This document shows positions 51,246 to 63,790 of a stretch of DNA of 64,000 bases, one piece after another. Every line of letters starts with the position of its first letter. Positions within the stretch are counted from its first letter, which is position 1. The DNA is from Hydrolagus colliei (taxonomy: Eukaryota). Below the pieces are notes generated by a model. That model was given only the letters and a program-made list of their open reading frames with translations. It had not been told where the DNA came from and ran no database searches. Both the position numbers and the translations under genes were made by a program. The stretch covers positions 6,262,001 to 6,326,000 of the forward strand of contig CM068757.1 in the NCBI GenBank assembly GCA_035084275.1, written 5' to 3'.

Positions 51246-52879
51246 GTATTGTATTGTATGTACCCTGGATCAGAATTGTGCTTTGTCATCTTGGCTTCTC
51301 ATCTCATCCATTGCGGGCACAGCTTTTTAACTTTCTGATTTTCTGTTGGGATTATTTGTGTGTGTGTGTGTGTGTGAGTGATTGTATGATAGTGTGTGAT
51401 TGTGTGATTGAGTGTGTGGATGTGTATGTGTGTAGTTTTTCAGTAGTTGCCTTTCACGTACACATGACACAATTCACAAAGCATCGTTAAATCACTAGCC
51501 CTGGGCAGTCCTCGCATAAGGACAGTTCTTGTTTAGGCTTTTGCCTGAGAAGCTACATTGAAACTGATTGTGCTGGAGGGACCAAGTTTGCCATCTGCCC
51601 TGATTTGAGGTGAAGCTAAAACTGTGGGCCAGTGTTGGCTGCTTGGTTTGTTGCCATGTCTTGTGCTGCATTATATCCCAGAGAAATTTAGTGTTTAAGT
51701 TAATTTTGTATGGCACCAACTGACAGTACTGCAGAATGCAGTTCTTATACAATTCCTGGCCGTGCCCGACTAGAACATGGTCCACATAGTGAGTGTTAAT
51801 GCGGATAAACTGTGTGGATTAGATGATTATGCTAAACGAAGATTATTTCATCTTGAATAATTACGGTTGCAAAATGAGTTTATGTTTTATCTGCCTTGTG
51901 CTTGTTACCTGTGAAGAACTGAATTGAACTTTTATCAGTTGGTGTGGGTACAGTTGGATGCACAACCAGTAAATGGATTTCCAGTTAAACCTTTCGAAGA
52001 ACATGCAAGGAGCAGACTAATATAATCTTGTTGCTATGGGAACCTAGATATGATTGACTTAATACAAAGGACCAGTAAATACGTGGAACTTTTATTCTTG
52101 GCTTTTCCCATCCTTTTAGAGAGAGGTGTACAGTGCAAGTCGGTAGAAGTAGATCAAAAGTTCAAGTATTTAAGGAAGTGAATGAATGAGGTGATTAACT
52201 TTCATCTAAGTTAGTGTAAACTTCACGCTCTTTCCACAAACCACACCTTGGTGTCCTTAAAAATATTGCGTGTGTATGTGTTTGCATGTGGAAGGAATAT
52301 GTGACCAATCATTACTGTAAATCAAAAGTTGAAGTGGAGGGCTGGAATACAAATTGCTGCCCATACGCCTGTCTTGTGAATGTTAGACTGTCCTCACCTG
52401 CTTCTCCCCTCGGTACAGAATCCAGGTTGTGTTATCCTGGCATGCTGCAAACAGCAGAAATTTGAGGGCTTAAGCTTATGTAATGTTTCCCTGGAACAAA
52501 CATTGCTGAAAATACATGGGCTGTATCATAAATCTTAAGTAATTAAATCATTTGACTTGTAGCTTGTAAGGACCTTACAGAAGGGGCGAGGAGCATAACT
52601 TAGATTGATTAAAAATCCTGTACTTAGTCATTTCTAATAAAGTAATTGAGCGGAAATTCAAGTCAATTTAAAACAAAATGACAAACCCGTCCTTTGATTT
52701 TTTTTGGCTTCTAACTCTCATCACAGCAAACATACAGGTATTTTAAAAGAACAGTATTACTTGGGCAGAATCCATTTTGGGTATACAACAGCTAACATTG
52801 CTAATAAAACATAAACCTGTTTTTCAACTGCAATTATTCATATACAATAATGGAGTCAACATCTTTATTATTGTAGCAT

Positions 52880-52960
52880 GTGACTACCAGGATGGTAGAA
52901 GGCGAACTCGATGAACATTGGTCTTTTTTTCTTCCAGCTGTTCCTATTTTGCCTATGTAT
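52880..52960 (+). mobile_element. CR1-type 3' tail
   Basis: GGCGAACTCGATGAACATTGGTCTTTTTT...TTCCTAT; a related antisense stub lies at about 57950-57985. Confidence 0.55.
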
Positions 52961-53025
52961 CACCATTAAATTGACAGCCTAATTTGATGTTGAAAATTAG
53001 CAGCTTACCCAATTGGTTCAAGATC

Positions 53026-53130
53026 AATAACTTGCATTTGTATAGCGGTTTTCATCATTTTGGAGGGTTTCGCAAGTACAGAGTCGGACGCTGAGGAAGG
53101 GAAAAGAGGGAGGTGGCAAACACGGTCAAA
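53026..53130 (-). mobile_element. L2-type 3' tail remnant
   Basis: CAATAACTTGCATTTGTATAGCG...CACGGTCAAA. Confidence 0.55.
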
Positions 53131-54956
53131 AAACAGTACATATCCGCTACTAACTTCCATTTCCTGATAACCAAATTCTCTAACTGTAGAAGTTGGTCTA
53201 AGTTTTTTTTAAAAAAAGGATGGGATGTTTTGCTATTGAAACCTGTCTGCAGAGTTGGATTGAGTTTTATCTTAATTGAATAGCTTAAGCAGAACACCTG
53301 TGTTAGTGGAATGTTCAACCTTGGAGAATGGGAGCTGGAACATTTTATCTTGCCTTTCTTCAAGGATGACTTCTCTTGACTGACCAAGTGTTGCACATGG
53401 AGAAATCTTCAGTTTTTTTTCTCTCTCTGCTTCCCCTCTAACATACACACATGAATGCATATTATATTGTGGATGTTGTGACAGATCACCTGCGACTGAA
53501 AACGAAAAAAGCAGAAATCAAAAAATAAATAATCTTTCTATTGGGGAATTTTGATCAGTGATCAACAAACTGCTTGGTTGATTGTGAACTGGAAATATTG
53601 TACCAATGTGGCATATTTTGAAGGAATTTAGGCTACGCGGGTTGAAGAGAAAGAACTTCTATGCTGGCTTTGGTGAATTAAAACCACAAAATGTAGTCCA
53701 TTGCAGCAAGTATGGAGTTAAATCTCAGAAAAGGAGGGAAGTGGGCAATCTTTGTCTTATCCCATCAAACCTCATTAGTTTTTTGTTGCTGGTTAAAGCC
53801 ATTTCTTGTGTTTAGTCTGACACTAATCATTGTAGGTTGAAACCAGAGCGTGATCTGCTGTTTCCCAGTCCAAACTTGATACGACTTGTCATCAAAAGTT
53901 GCATGAAATCTCAGAAGAACCAAATAGAATAGCCTAGGAATTTGATTATTCCAATAATTTAAATAATAAATTCCAGTTGAGCCCAAAAGTCTACATCTTG
54001 TCTGCATTATAAAAGTATATTTGAGAAGCAATGACACAAGATTCTATAACTGTGTTGCCTTATGCAACTTGCATTTATATTTAGAGGTGGTTAATATATT
54101 TTTGTGCAGTTATGGGAGAAGGGAGGCAGTACTTACGGAAGTCTGTCTTTCCCGAGAGTTTAGCGGTTACTAGGAATGCAGGGCTGTCTACATTGATTCT
54201 TTTTATGAGATCCAGAATGGGCTCTGTATGTTCAGCTATTAAAACTAAAGACGCTGTGTTCTGTCTGCTTCCCCAAAGAGGCCATGTTTAAAAAGGAATT
54301 AATGAATGGAACTGTGTATGTCGAATTTAAACAAAACGCAAGCAGTTTTGGCTGCGTTGAAGTACACTTGTCTGTTTATTAGCCAGTCTAGGTTGGTTAA
54401 CTGATTTGCATTCATAGTGTATACACACATAACATAATGTGATAATCGATACCACGTTCTATTATCAGTTGAAAGGGTTTTGGAACAGCCTTCGATTACT
54501 AATTTTTAGGCCCTCCTGTCTGTTGTCCATAACAGCACATTTTGAATGTTGTATGATCTCTTGGCAAACAGTACTGTTACACAAATGATATGCCTGTTCT
54601 TAATCTACATAGTGTAGAATTTTGGCTGACTTTCAGGCAATTCTTCGTGTGAGTAGGGGGGCAAAGGGAGGAAGATGGAGATGCAGTGAATTTGGGATGC
54701 AAATGGTTTCAAAAACTTGTTCTCTTCAACGCTTCTGTAGTCTCAAATATAATTGTAATTCCTTTATCTATCCGGCCTAATTCCCCACTTGGGATCAATT
54801 CACATAACTGCAACCAAAATGACATGGTACCAACTCTCTCGCCATCTAGATCCTTTACCTTTACTGCCTGCTGCGTCATTAAAAGGCTGATGAGTTCACA
54901 AAAAGTTGATGGTTTTTCAAATGGAACACCGTAATGTGTACCCTACAACTGTGTTG

Positions 54957-55113
54957 AACTGAAACTAAAACAGAAATCGCCAGGAACACTTAGCAGGTCA
55001 GGCAGCATCTATGGAGAAAAGAAAAGTGAGTCAACGTTTCAGGTCCACAATCCTTCGTCAGAACCCAGTTCTTATTTTTGTTTCAGATTTCCAGCATCTG
55101 CAGTATTTTGCGT
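54957..55113. mobile_element. Penelope-like pLTR fragment with inverted arms
   Basis: The minus arm 54957-55067 (..AGATGCTGCCTGACCTGCTAAGTG..) is followed by a plus-arm end TTTCAGATTTCCAGCATCTGCAGTATTTTGC. Confidence 0.8.
55027..55067 (-). ncRNA. Minimal type I hammerhead ribozyme motif (Penelope-associated)
   Basis: Minus strand: UGGGUU CUGACGA AGG-AUUGUGGA-CCU GAAAC GUU GACUCA. Conserved core, 3-bp stem II, 6-bp stem I (2 G-U), and palindromic AACGUU in place of stem III. Confidence 0.7.
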
Positions 55114-57755
55114 TCTTGTACTGAATGGAATGTTGGTTGAGCCAGTAACCAACTAGTGATGGTGACAGTCGTAATAATGATGATAGATATATTGTTATAA
55201 ATGCTAAATATTGGCAATATTAATTAGGTTGAGATCTCTTGTCACATTCCTCCTGGTATATCAGTCAAACTCCAATAACTCATTCTCTTCAACCCTTTTT
55301 GTATTTCTTTAGTCCCACAAATAATAGCATTTTTCTTATAGGTACTCACCATGTGAGAACCACAAATATTGCAGTGGGGCTTAAAGGTCATTGGATGCGT
55401 TCTGCCGATGCCTATAGGAGACTGAATCACAGGAGCTTTCACTGCCTGTTGTGTAACAGTTGTTTCGTTCTCAATACTGGCTGCTGGAGGTGGAGCACAG
55501 GAAAACAAACATTTAGTTTATTTGTTGAAAGTTCCAACTCCACCAATATAAATAAGCAAGTTCACTTCTTTTGTAGAGAACTACATGCTCTGCTCAATTG
55601 TACTGGTAGCTGATTGTAGATACAATATCAGGAAGTCAAGTAGCAGTCAGGTAAGTACTGATAAAATGATACTATAACTAAGATGCATTTCCTGCAACAA
55701 GTTTCCTGAACTTAACAATGTGGACAAACTTAGTGCGCTGTGAGCACACCTAAATCCAGCACACGATTGTCCAAAAAAATGTCGTAGCTGATTTGTTGCT
55801 GCATTGGTCTTAAGATCTTCTATTGTGCTGCAGTTAAAAGTTGCTGCTAATTAGGCAATTGAACAGGGACACCATCCTCTGAATTAGTTACAAGCGCGTG
55901 AGTTTGTTTATCACATGTTAATGTTTGCTTCGTTCATACCCCTGAATGCTTTGTAATAAACTGTTTTGATGTCTGACAATGGCCATACTGAAGAACTCAT
56001 ACCACTGGCTTAAAACCAATTTCCAATTCAGTGAAAATATTTTGACTTTTGTCGGCTGTTTTAAGGTGGGAGTAGTTTGGAGGGGATAGTTCGAATAGTT
56101 TTGGGTTTCTGCAGTTCAGATCGACAGAGATACCTGAAAGTTATTTCTATCTATTCAGCAGCTCTCCCTCTTCGTGCAATGTCTAGATTTTATCAGTGGA
56201 ACTCAGCAAACCTATACATTTTGTCATCAGATTTTCAAATTACAAACTGTGGGTTTTATTGTTGCTGAACAGACATCAACCTGCGATTCTTCTTCTGTCT
56301 TGTCCCCCAACTCATACCCGATCAAGTCGGTATCAAGCCCTAGAGAGCAGTAGAGTTAAATTGAACTTCCTGTGTGAACCTTGGAAAATGTGTGCAAGAT
56401 ATTAATCTACAGTTTGTAAATGATGTCCCTATATTGATTGCCTCTATTTAAATCTGTAAAGGTTTTAAATGAAAACTAACCAGCCCTGTCAGATTGAATA
56501 ATGAAATGAATACTTTGAGCAACAATTATAACTGCATAGGTTGAACTGATACAATTTTAATCCATGTGATTATTTTTAAAGCGATTGTACTTTTCTACTT
56601 TAGTTCAAGGTATTTTGAAATAAAACCTCAAATTGAGGAGGCTGCATAATTTTTTAACACCATTTTTTCTTCTTCCCCGATTTGTCCTTGACTGGAATGC
56701 AGTCATCGATCACCCTTTCTGTTGCCTTGTGCAGTTGGCCATTATTCATGGTTTGAGTGTGGACAGTGTACTTTGGTTGGCTATTGGAGTATGTTGGGGG
56801 GCACGAGAGGATGAGTCGAAACAAAGTCATATCCTGTTCTGCCCTGATGCACACATAAATGGAGATTATTAGTAAAAGTCGGTGGAACTCAATGTCAACC
56901 CAACCATTATTTCGCCTCCTGTAGTCAGAGTACTGACATCAGCACTAATATCTTTGATGACACCCTTGTTTAGCTCAGCTAACTTAATGGAGGCAAAGGC
57001 GCAAACGCATGACTTTCCTGGTCTAGATTGCTCAGATTGTTTGGTTATACTTGTTGAGGTATTAAAGGTTCTTGGAATCAATATTTTCAAACTGGACACA
57101 AAAAATAATTTTCTCCTTTTAATAAATTTTTGTTTTTCCCCCCAATATGCCTGAAACGACAGCATCATCAGAATGTCCTCTGCTGCAGCTGCCTGAACTG
57201 AAAAGTGACCAGAAAGTATTGATTGCTCTAAACATTATTGTATTTCAGGGGAATTATTTCACAAATGTTTTCTATTTGCTTCAAAGGATACCCGAAAGCA
57301 CCCCCCCCCCCCCCCCCGCCTCCCCCCCCCCCAACACACACACCCAAGCAATAAAATGGGAAAGTATCCTTTTATCAAAAATATAATTGGGTGTTCATTT
57401 TAGGGCAGGGCCTCGCAAGGGTGAAAGTGAAGTGCGAGATGCAATGAGAGAGCAACTAAAAAGCATTGTGGCTATAATTCCTTCCATTTCCTTTTATTCA
57501 AAGGATTAGACTTGTCTTTTTTTAAAAAAAAACTACAGTGCTTGTGCATTGCTCCCAAATTGCCTCATATTGACCCATATGAGATTACTTTGAACCATTT
57601 GGCTTGATATTATAAGAGCAAATAGTTTAATATTGTGTGTCGGGATCCTTTTAAGATGTGCCCTCACTCATTTACTTTATTTTGCAAAAGAACAAGCCAA
57701 TCCACCACTGACAATTGGAACACTAATGAAAATTAAACTATTTTAAGTTTATTCA

Positions 57756-57800
57756 TAATAATAATCCTTGTATTTGATATAGCGCTTTTCACATCTTCTA
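57756..57800 (-). mobile_element. Family-A SINE tail stub
   Basis: ATAATAATAATCCTTGTATTTGATATAGCGCTTTTCACATCTTCTA. Confidence 0.85.
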
Positions 57801-57836
57801 TGGGCCCAACCGTGCTGAATTATCGAGATTTTACTG
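57801..57836. mobile_element. Possible solo Tigger/pogo-like terminal repeat
   Basis: GAATTATCGAGATTTTACTG (reverse CAGTAAAATCTCGATAATTC) resembles Tigger-type TIRs; no partner seen. Confidence 0.4.
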
Positions 57837-60690
57837 TGTTTAGATTAGATTGCGCTCCCTTCATCCTTGAACTCACAGCTCCGTTGCAATTTAAATCCTC
57901 TCCTGTTTCCTTGTTTGATCTCTCTGTCTGCTAAAATGATGACTTAAACTAACATAGACCAAATCCATCATCCGTTCGCCTTGTATGTACTGTATTTCTA
58001 CCTCTTAACTTCCCACTGTTCAAATATACTTCTGATCTATGTGCAGTGTTGTGTGATTTGGAAACACTGTTAGTGGTGTTTTTGTTGTTTGTGATATGAA
58101 ACTGTGTCTATGCATGTTGGAAGTGGTTTATGGTGGGTAATGGATACACGACAGCCCATCGTACATTGATAGGATTTTTTTTTGCAGCCAGACTTGGTGT
58201 TATTTCCAGTTTATTGCACAGAGCAAATGAGACTAAGGATTGAATGACAACGTTGAATTCAAACATAGAGGAGTTCAGATATCCTGGACCACGAGGCCAA
58301 AGGTTGAATAGCTCTGGAATGAATCCTCAAAAACCTTGAGACGTGACTGCAGCTTTTTAGAAAAATGTGTAAGAGCTGCTGCAACTTCATGTTCTTGATG
58401 CCCGATTACAGAATAATAATATTGCTTCATGTCAATGAAGGGATACCATGCACACCAATTACAATGTTATTGCTTAGTCTTAGAGCATTAACTTGAGTGA
58501 ATTCGTGGAATTAATTGGGAGTCTATTGATGGTCACTGCTGACGTAGACCTGACCAAATATAAAAGTAACGTCCATTTGAGTAGAGATGCGGATATGATT
58601 TTAAAGCATGTGTTCATAAATGCAGTGTTCAAAATTTGTTCTGAAATTTAAGTGAGGAGCGTTTAATCTTGACTGTTTTGACTTGGGCACGGAGGGTAGG
58701 AATGTAGTATTTTGTATAGCGTGTTGCTTGCACACTGAGCCAGGGAGTGTCAGGACATTGGTTAGCATCTGAACTCTTGGACGATTCTGTGAGTTCTATA
58801 GGTATTTGTTGGCAGAGGCCTTGGCATGAATGGACCCACAAGCCAGGAGTCCTGAAATTCATTAATGCACCTCTAGCATACTTAGGACTATGATCTGCAG
58901 ACTTAAATGTTCTCCGACTCAACCCTGTAACTGTTTGGGTATTATTACTCAGTGCTACGTTTGACCTTTTCCAACTGAAGGATTGGGGAGCTGGACATGC
59001 CATGACAAGATCTTTTATACATTTGTTATGACTGCTTATGGTTTCCCTACTGTTTAAAAATGGCTACAAACCTCTGCACTCATAAATCTGTTTACAGTTC
59101 AAAGCTGCAGATGTTAAATTCATGGAATGCAGCTCCTGAGCTGCATGATTGTTGCCTGAGCCAACTGAGCAGTGGTATGCAATAACTTGTCAGTTTCCAT
59201 CCAAATCAAGAGGAGCTGTTTACACTCCTGATTGCCGATGACACTTGGTTATCTACAGGATTATAGTTATATTTTAATTGTTCGGATAGACCATAGTAAA
59301 AGTTTAAAAAAAAATCTTTATGAGGGTTGGTTGAAGACTGAAGACGATTATAGCATCTTAAATGGCTGAATGTTAGCCTTCACTTTGGCTAGTCTGATTG
59401 TTGATATTTCCCATAGTAAGGGTTAGGTTTTGCTGGATGGTTGTGCTGCTTGGTGGAGTCTTTTATTTGAGAAATGCTCCATTTCCCAGGATGATCTGTT
59501 GTACCGAATGCTAAGGATTAACATTGGCAACTCTGGAGAAATTTACAATACAGTTATTGGCTACTTTCTATTCCTTCATTTCCACCCCTTTTCTTGTCCT
59601 TCAACATACTTCATCACTGTTTTTGAAACTCAAAAGTATTTCACAAAGCAATTGGGGTGGAGGATTGTTTATGTTTGAAGTCCACCATGAGCTCCTTCAC
59701 CAAAACCATGTGCTTTTCCAGTGACTGTGTACCTGTCTTGAGTACCACATACTGGACAGTTATTATAGGTCTACAATCACTTTATTGAGACCTTGTGCAG
59801 CTTTTTCCAGTGCAGCGGGTGGAAAAGCAATGGAGTATACCCTAACGAGTCAGTTCTATCCACAGCATTTAATATTGGTTCAGCTTATGTACATTTTATG
59901 GCAGTGTCAATTCCAGGATTCTGCAGCAATATTCAGTATTAATAGGAAGAGATGGTTCCCAAAGGTTTGCTGCCTGGCTTTTGGCACAAGTATTCATGCT
60001 GTTATTCCCAGATGAAAAATGGAATTGAATGGAATGGAAGTTGCAGAAACGCTCGCTTATCCTTCCTTTATTGCCTGCTCGATGCACTTGAGGGAGATGC
60101 TATTGTTAACTTAATGTTTTGGGAACTGCAAGCTTTTCAAGCCCGCAGAATATGATGTTTTGCAGTTGCTTCCGCTGCACAGGCGAGTGAGCTGAGTTTT
60201 TGCAGGAAAGCCTGGTCACGTAGATATGACCCAAAACCCAGACATTATCGTGTTTGCTTCAGGCTGCCCTTCCACATCAATAAAGTGTGTCTATTGACAG
60301 TACTTCGCCCTGTGCGAGCAAAGGAAATGCCTCGGGAAAATAAGATTAGATTTTCTATTGAACATTCCTGTTCCCAGCTCACCAGCTGAAGACATTTTGA
60401 GAGAATTTGATTTCCTTACAACAAGTTGCAACATGTTTGAATTACTATGAATCCTGAACATCTTGTTACATCATTTCAATATTCAACACCCAACATACAG
60501 AGAGAACAGATGTGCTCCTGTGTTTGAATATTACATTCATCATGTACGATCCTAAAAATTTGGTTTAACTGTGGATTGCTAAATAACCTTTTTGGGAGGG
60601 TGGGGAATTTTTTAAGCTATTATTGTACAACATTCTAAGACCTTCAAGCACCAATGGGATGGTAAATCACTATTAGCCCCTTTACTCACA

Positions 60691-60818
60691 AATAATAATA
60701 ATCGAATAATCTTTGCATTTGGTATAGCGCTTCATCGCATCTTCTAGATGTCTCAAAGTGCTTCGCAGATTGTGCTGTAAAGTGAATCAATTGTATGTTT
60801 TGTGGCCAAAATGGCAGT
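60691..60818 (-). mobile_element. Family-A SINE 3' part
   Basis: (AAT)n..TTGCATTTGGTATAGCGCTT...TCTCAAAGTGCTTC...GTAAAGTGAAT. Confidence 0.85.
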
Positions 60819-62224
60819 GGACGTGTGTAGCTGTATACATCTTGCAGACTGGCACAATCCTCAAATCATTTTAAGTTAATCTGCACAAGGGCAACGGATG
60901 TTTACAGTTACACCTGAATACAGTGGTTGGTGACTTTTCCACCCCATAAAATAGAGTGGAAAGTGAATCTATTTCTGGAAATCTACTGTTTGTTGAGCTT
61001 CTCATGTCATGGGTCACTTAGAAATATGAACCAGTCATTGGGAATTTTATTTTCCAGTAAGCATAACTTACTCTTTAGCTGAGGCCTCCTCCCACGCTAT
61101 TCCACTTGTCTTGCTTCCTCTTCTCTGAACTCTTTTTCAAATATTCTTTTAAACTTTGACGGGAATTATTGGGGGGATTCCTTATCAAATTATAGCTTTG
61201 ACCTTCCTGGTACTGTGAAAAGTCAGGAGTTCAGTTACTGTCCAGTTTGGGTAAAGGGGCCTGGTTGGTTGAGTGACAACATAAACTGCATTACTAAAGT
61301 TTTTATCTGGGAGCCAGGTCCTTTACGAATCCTGACGGCTGAAGAACAGAGTTTCTTTGTGTAAGAAAAGAGGTGTTGGCTTAGTTTATGCGACAAGGTC
61401 CTCTGGGTTTTGAGAGCTGAAGCCAGGCTGGCTGCACTGCTTACACGCATTCCACTCAAGCGCGCAACAATTGGTGAACAGCTCGAGTCACTAAATTAGT
61501 AAAAGTTAAGCTGCACAATGGAGACCACTGTTAGTCTACAATAGGTTAAACTCTTGAGCGCTGAACTCATTTCCTGCCAAAAACCCTACCTTCTGCCAAC
61601 TTGCAACTGCAGCCAGCAATACCCCTTTCAGGCTATGGTAACTTTTTACAAATTCCTCATATTCTCATAATATTAATAACTTTCATTAAAATAATTGCCT
61701 GTTTTACTGTGTAACATATAGCGATTGACCTACTGATGTAATCAAACAAGAAAGCCATGTGTTGAAATATTGTAGACTTTTCTAACGTCAATGGCCAACA
61801 CAAGCAAAATAACGGCTTCTATTTATTTATTCTACTCCCGGAGACACTGGGATCCTGTAAATCTGGTGAATAGCTTATTCTGTTCTAAATTTAAGAATTT
61901 GCACATCTAAGAAGTGACGCAACACCTTAGGAACTTGCACTCCATCTGAGATTTTTTTTAATCAATCCTGGCAAGAGATTTTCATCTTGCCCCCTCCTCA
62001 TTGAAAGCAGGCATGCTGCAAAACGTTAGTGAATTAGACCAGACGTTTTATGCTGGAATTCTACCTTGTCTCACGCAACTTAAAACATTTTTCACCGTTT
62101 TTTTTTGTTCCAAATACAATTTTTGCCAATTGTTTCCTCCCTGTTTTTAAACTGTCCTCTCCTCTTTGATTTGTTGCTTAAGTAGGTGTGGGTTAACAGG
62201 ATGCTTTTGATAATCTCATTCCAT

Positions 62225-62462
62225 CATGTGAGGCAGCTCATTGTCTATGGGGAGCCTAATCCTGTTCATGTAAATGTCTGACAATCTTGGCTGGATAGTG
62301 ATGGGAGCAGAAGCCCTTGGCTATTTTCCTTTCCCAAAACCAGTGACGCGGAGGCAAATTACAGCTCACCAGTGCGGCTCAGTTGACTCCAACAAACTCA
62401 ACACAATCCAGAGAATTTCATGGTCTGTGGCTCAGCTGTTCACTAGTTTAACTCACTGAGCA
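62225..62462 (-). mobile_element. Ancient SINE 5' half (family B)
   Basis: CTGGATAGTGATGGGAGCAGAAGCCCTTGGCT...TGGTCTGTGGCTCAG...TAACTCACTGAGC (antisense A-box head). Confidence 0.6.
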
Positions 62463-62522
62463 ATGGACCTCAAGTTTATTTCACTGTTCAAAAGTCTTCA
62501 AAAGACTTTCTCTTCGATCCTT

Positions 62523-62740
62523 TTTGACTCCCAAATCCTCACACTCACTGCAAGGCCCTCCCCAACCTTTCCAACCTCTGGGTGGTAGTCCTCAAACCAT
62601 TAACCGGAGCCTCCGCTCGAAAGGTAAGGGCTGCTGCGCGGCCCTCACACCCTCCGCCCCACCATTGGAGTTCGCACTTTTGCCCCCAAACTCGATAACA
62701 CTCTCCCTTAATCTTTCCGCCTTGCCCCCTATCTCTCCTT
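62523..62740 (+). mobile_element. L2 ORF2 3' remnant
   Basis: AAATCCTCACACTCACTGCAAGGCCCTCC...CCACCATTGG...CCCCCAAACTC, similar to 27047 and 36692. Confidence 0.7.
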
Positions 62741-63790
62741 TTTCAAGTCCCACCTGGTATTCAAGTAGTACAGAGTTCAAAGATTGCATAGTATTGTTTT
62801 CAGGTTTTATTTTAAAAAAGTGGTGAAACCTGCTTAATTCTGCTAAATCAACAGCTATTGTCCATAGATTGAAATCCACTAACTAATAAGAACATAAGGT
62901 TTAAGAGTTGAGTGAACAAAAATTAAATTGCTCTCTGTCAAGCAACACGATTGTGAGTTTAAGAAGGGGCAACTTTTGAATTAAACTTTTCCTTTCTCTT
63001 GCCCTTTTACCTCAAACCTCTTTCAACGAAGTAGACCTATTGTCTATGGTTATAAGTCCCTTTGTATACATTATACCCTTTGTACTGTTGCATACGTTTT
63101 ATTAGATTTGCTGTAAAGGGGTAGAATTTGGATGAATACATTTGAAGAGACTGCATCACATTTAGTCTACTTAATCAACACATCTGGTTTAAGGCTGGAG
63201 ATGAGACAAGAATATCCATTCTTCTTGCCATTGCATATCAATTCTGTGGTAACCAAATTATTTTGGGACTTTATGGGGGTCATGGGCGATTTAGATAAAG
63301 GCCTTGAGTGGTTTGAGTCGTATAGAATATGCTGGATTAAAAGGCACATGCGAAGCAACTAACCCAAGAAATCCAATGATGCGGTTGCATTGGGAATTAA
63401 CATCAAGTCTAGAATATAAATATTTTCATGTACAGTGAAGAACACACTTTAGGATTGAAGGGGTAGGGAGGGTTATTCAGCTGTCTAGTTTTGTAATCAG
63501 TGCCTTTACTAGTCCTATTTTGATAGTGGAAATTTATCTGCTATGGCATGGCACTCAAAGGGAAAATCTATTCCACTTTAGTTTTCTAAATGCTGTAACA
63601 AGATCTTTTTATACACTCTTATGTATCGCGCACCCTTGTGCCTGAGTAAGACTGACGTATTACTATGGTCTTGAGTTGGGTTTGTTAGATACAAAAATTA
63701 GATACATTTAACTTTGTCAGGTCACACTATACAAGATAAACACCGAACCTTTCTAAACCTTACAGAAATGTACTGAGCATTTAGTTTATA

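Noticed and set aside
55600-55656. Perfect donor CAG|GTAAGT at 55650/55651
   Set aside because: The phase-2 frame has an upstream TAG and no ATG, and no convincing acceptor was found; a few such hits are expected in 64 kb.
60152-60190. Cys-rich micro-ORF MMFCSCFRCTGE with a possible GC donor
   Set aside because: The donor would be non-canonical and phase 1, incompatible with the MOB2 frame.
63132-63362. 76-aa ORF with faint reverse-transcriptase-like words (LEWFESY)
   Set aside because: Too degenerate to assign; at most an old LINE scrap.
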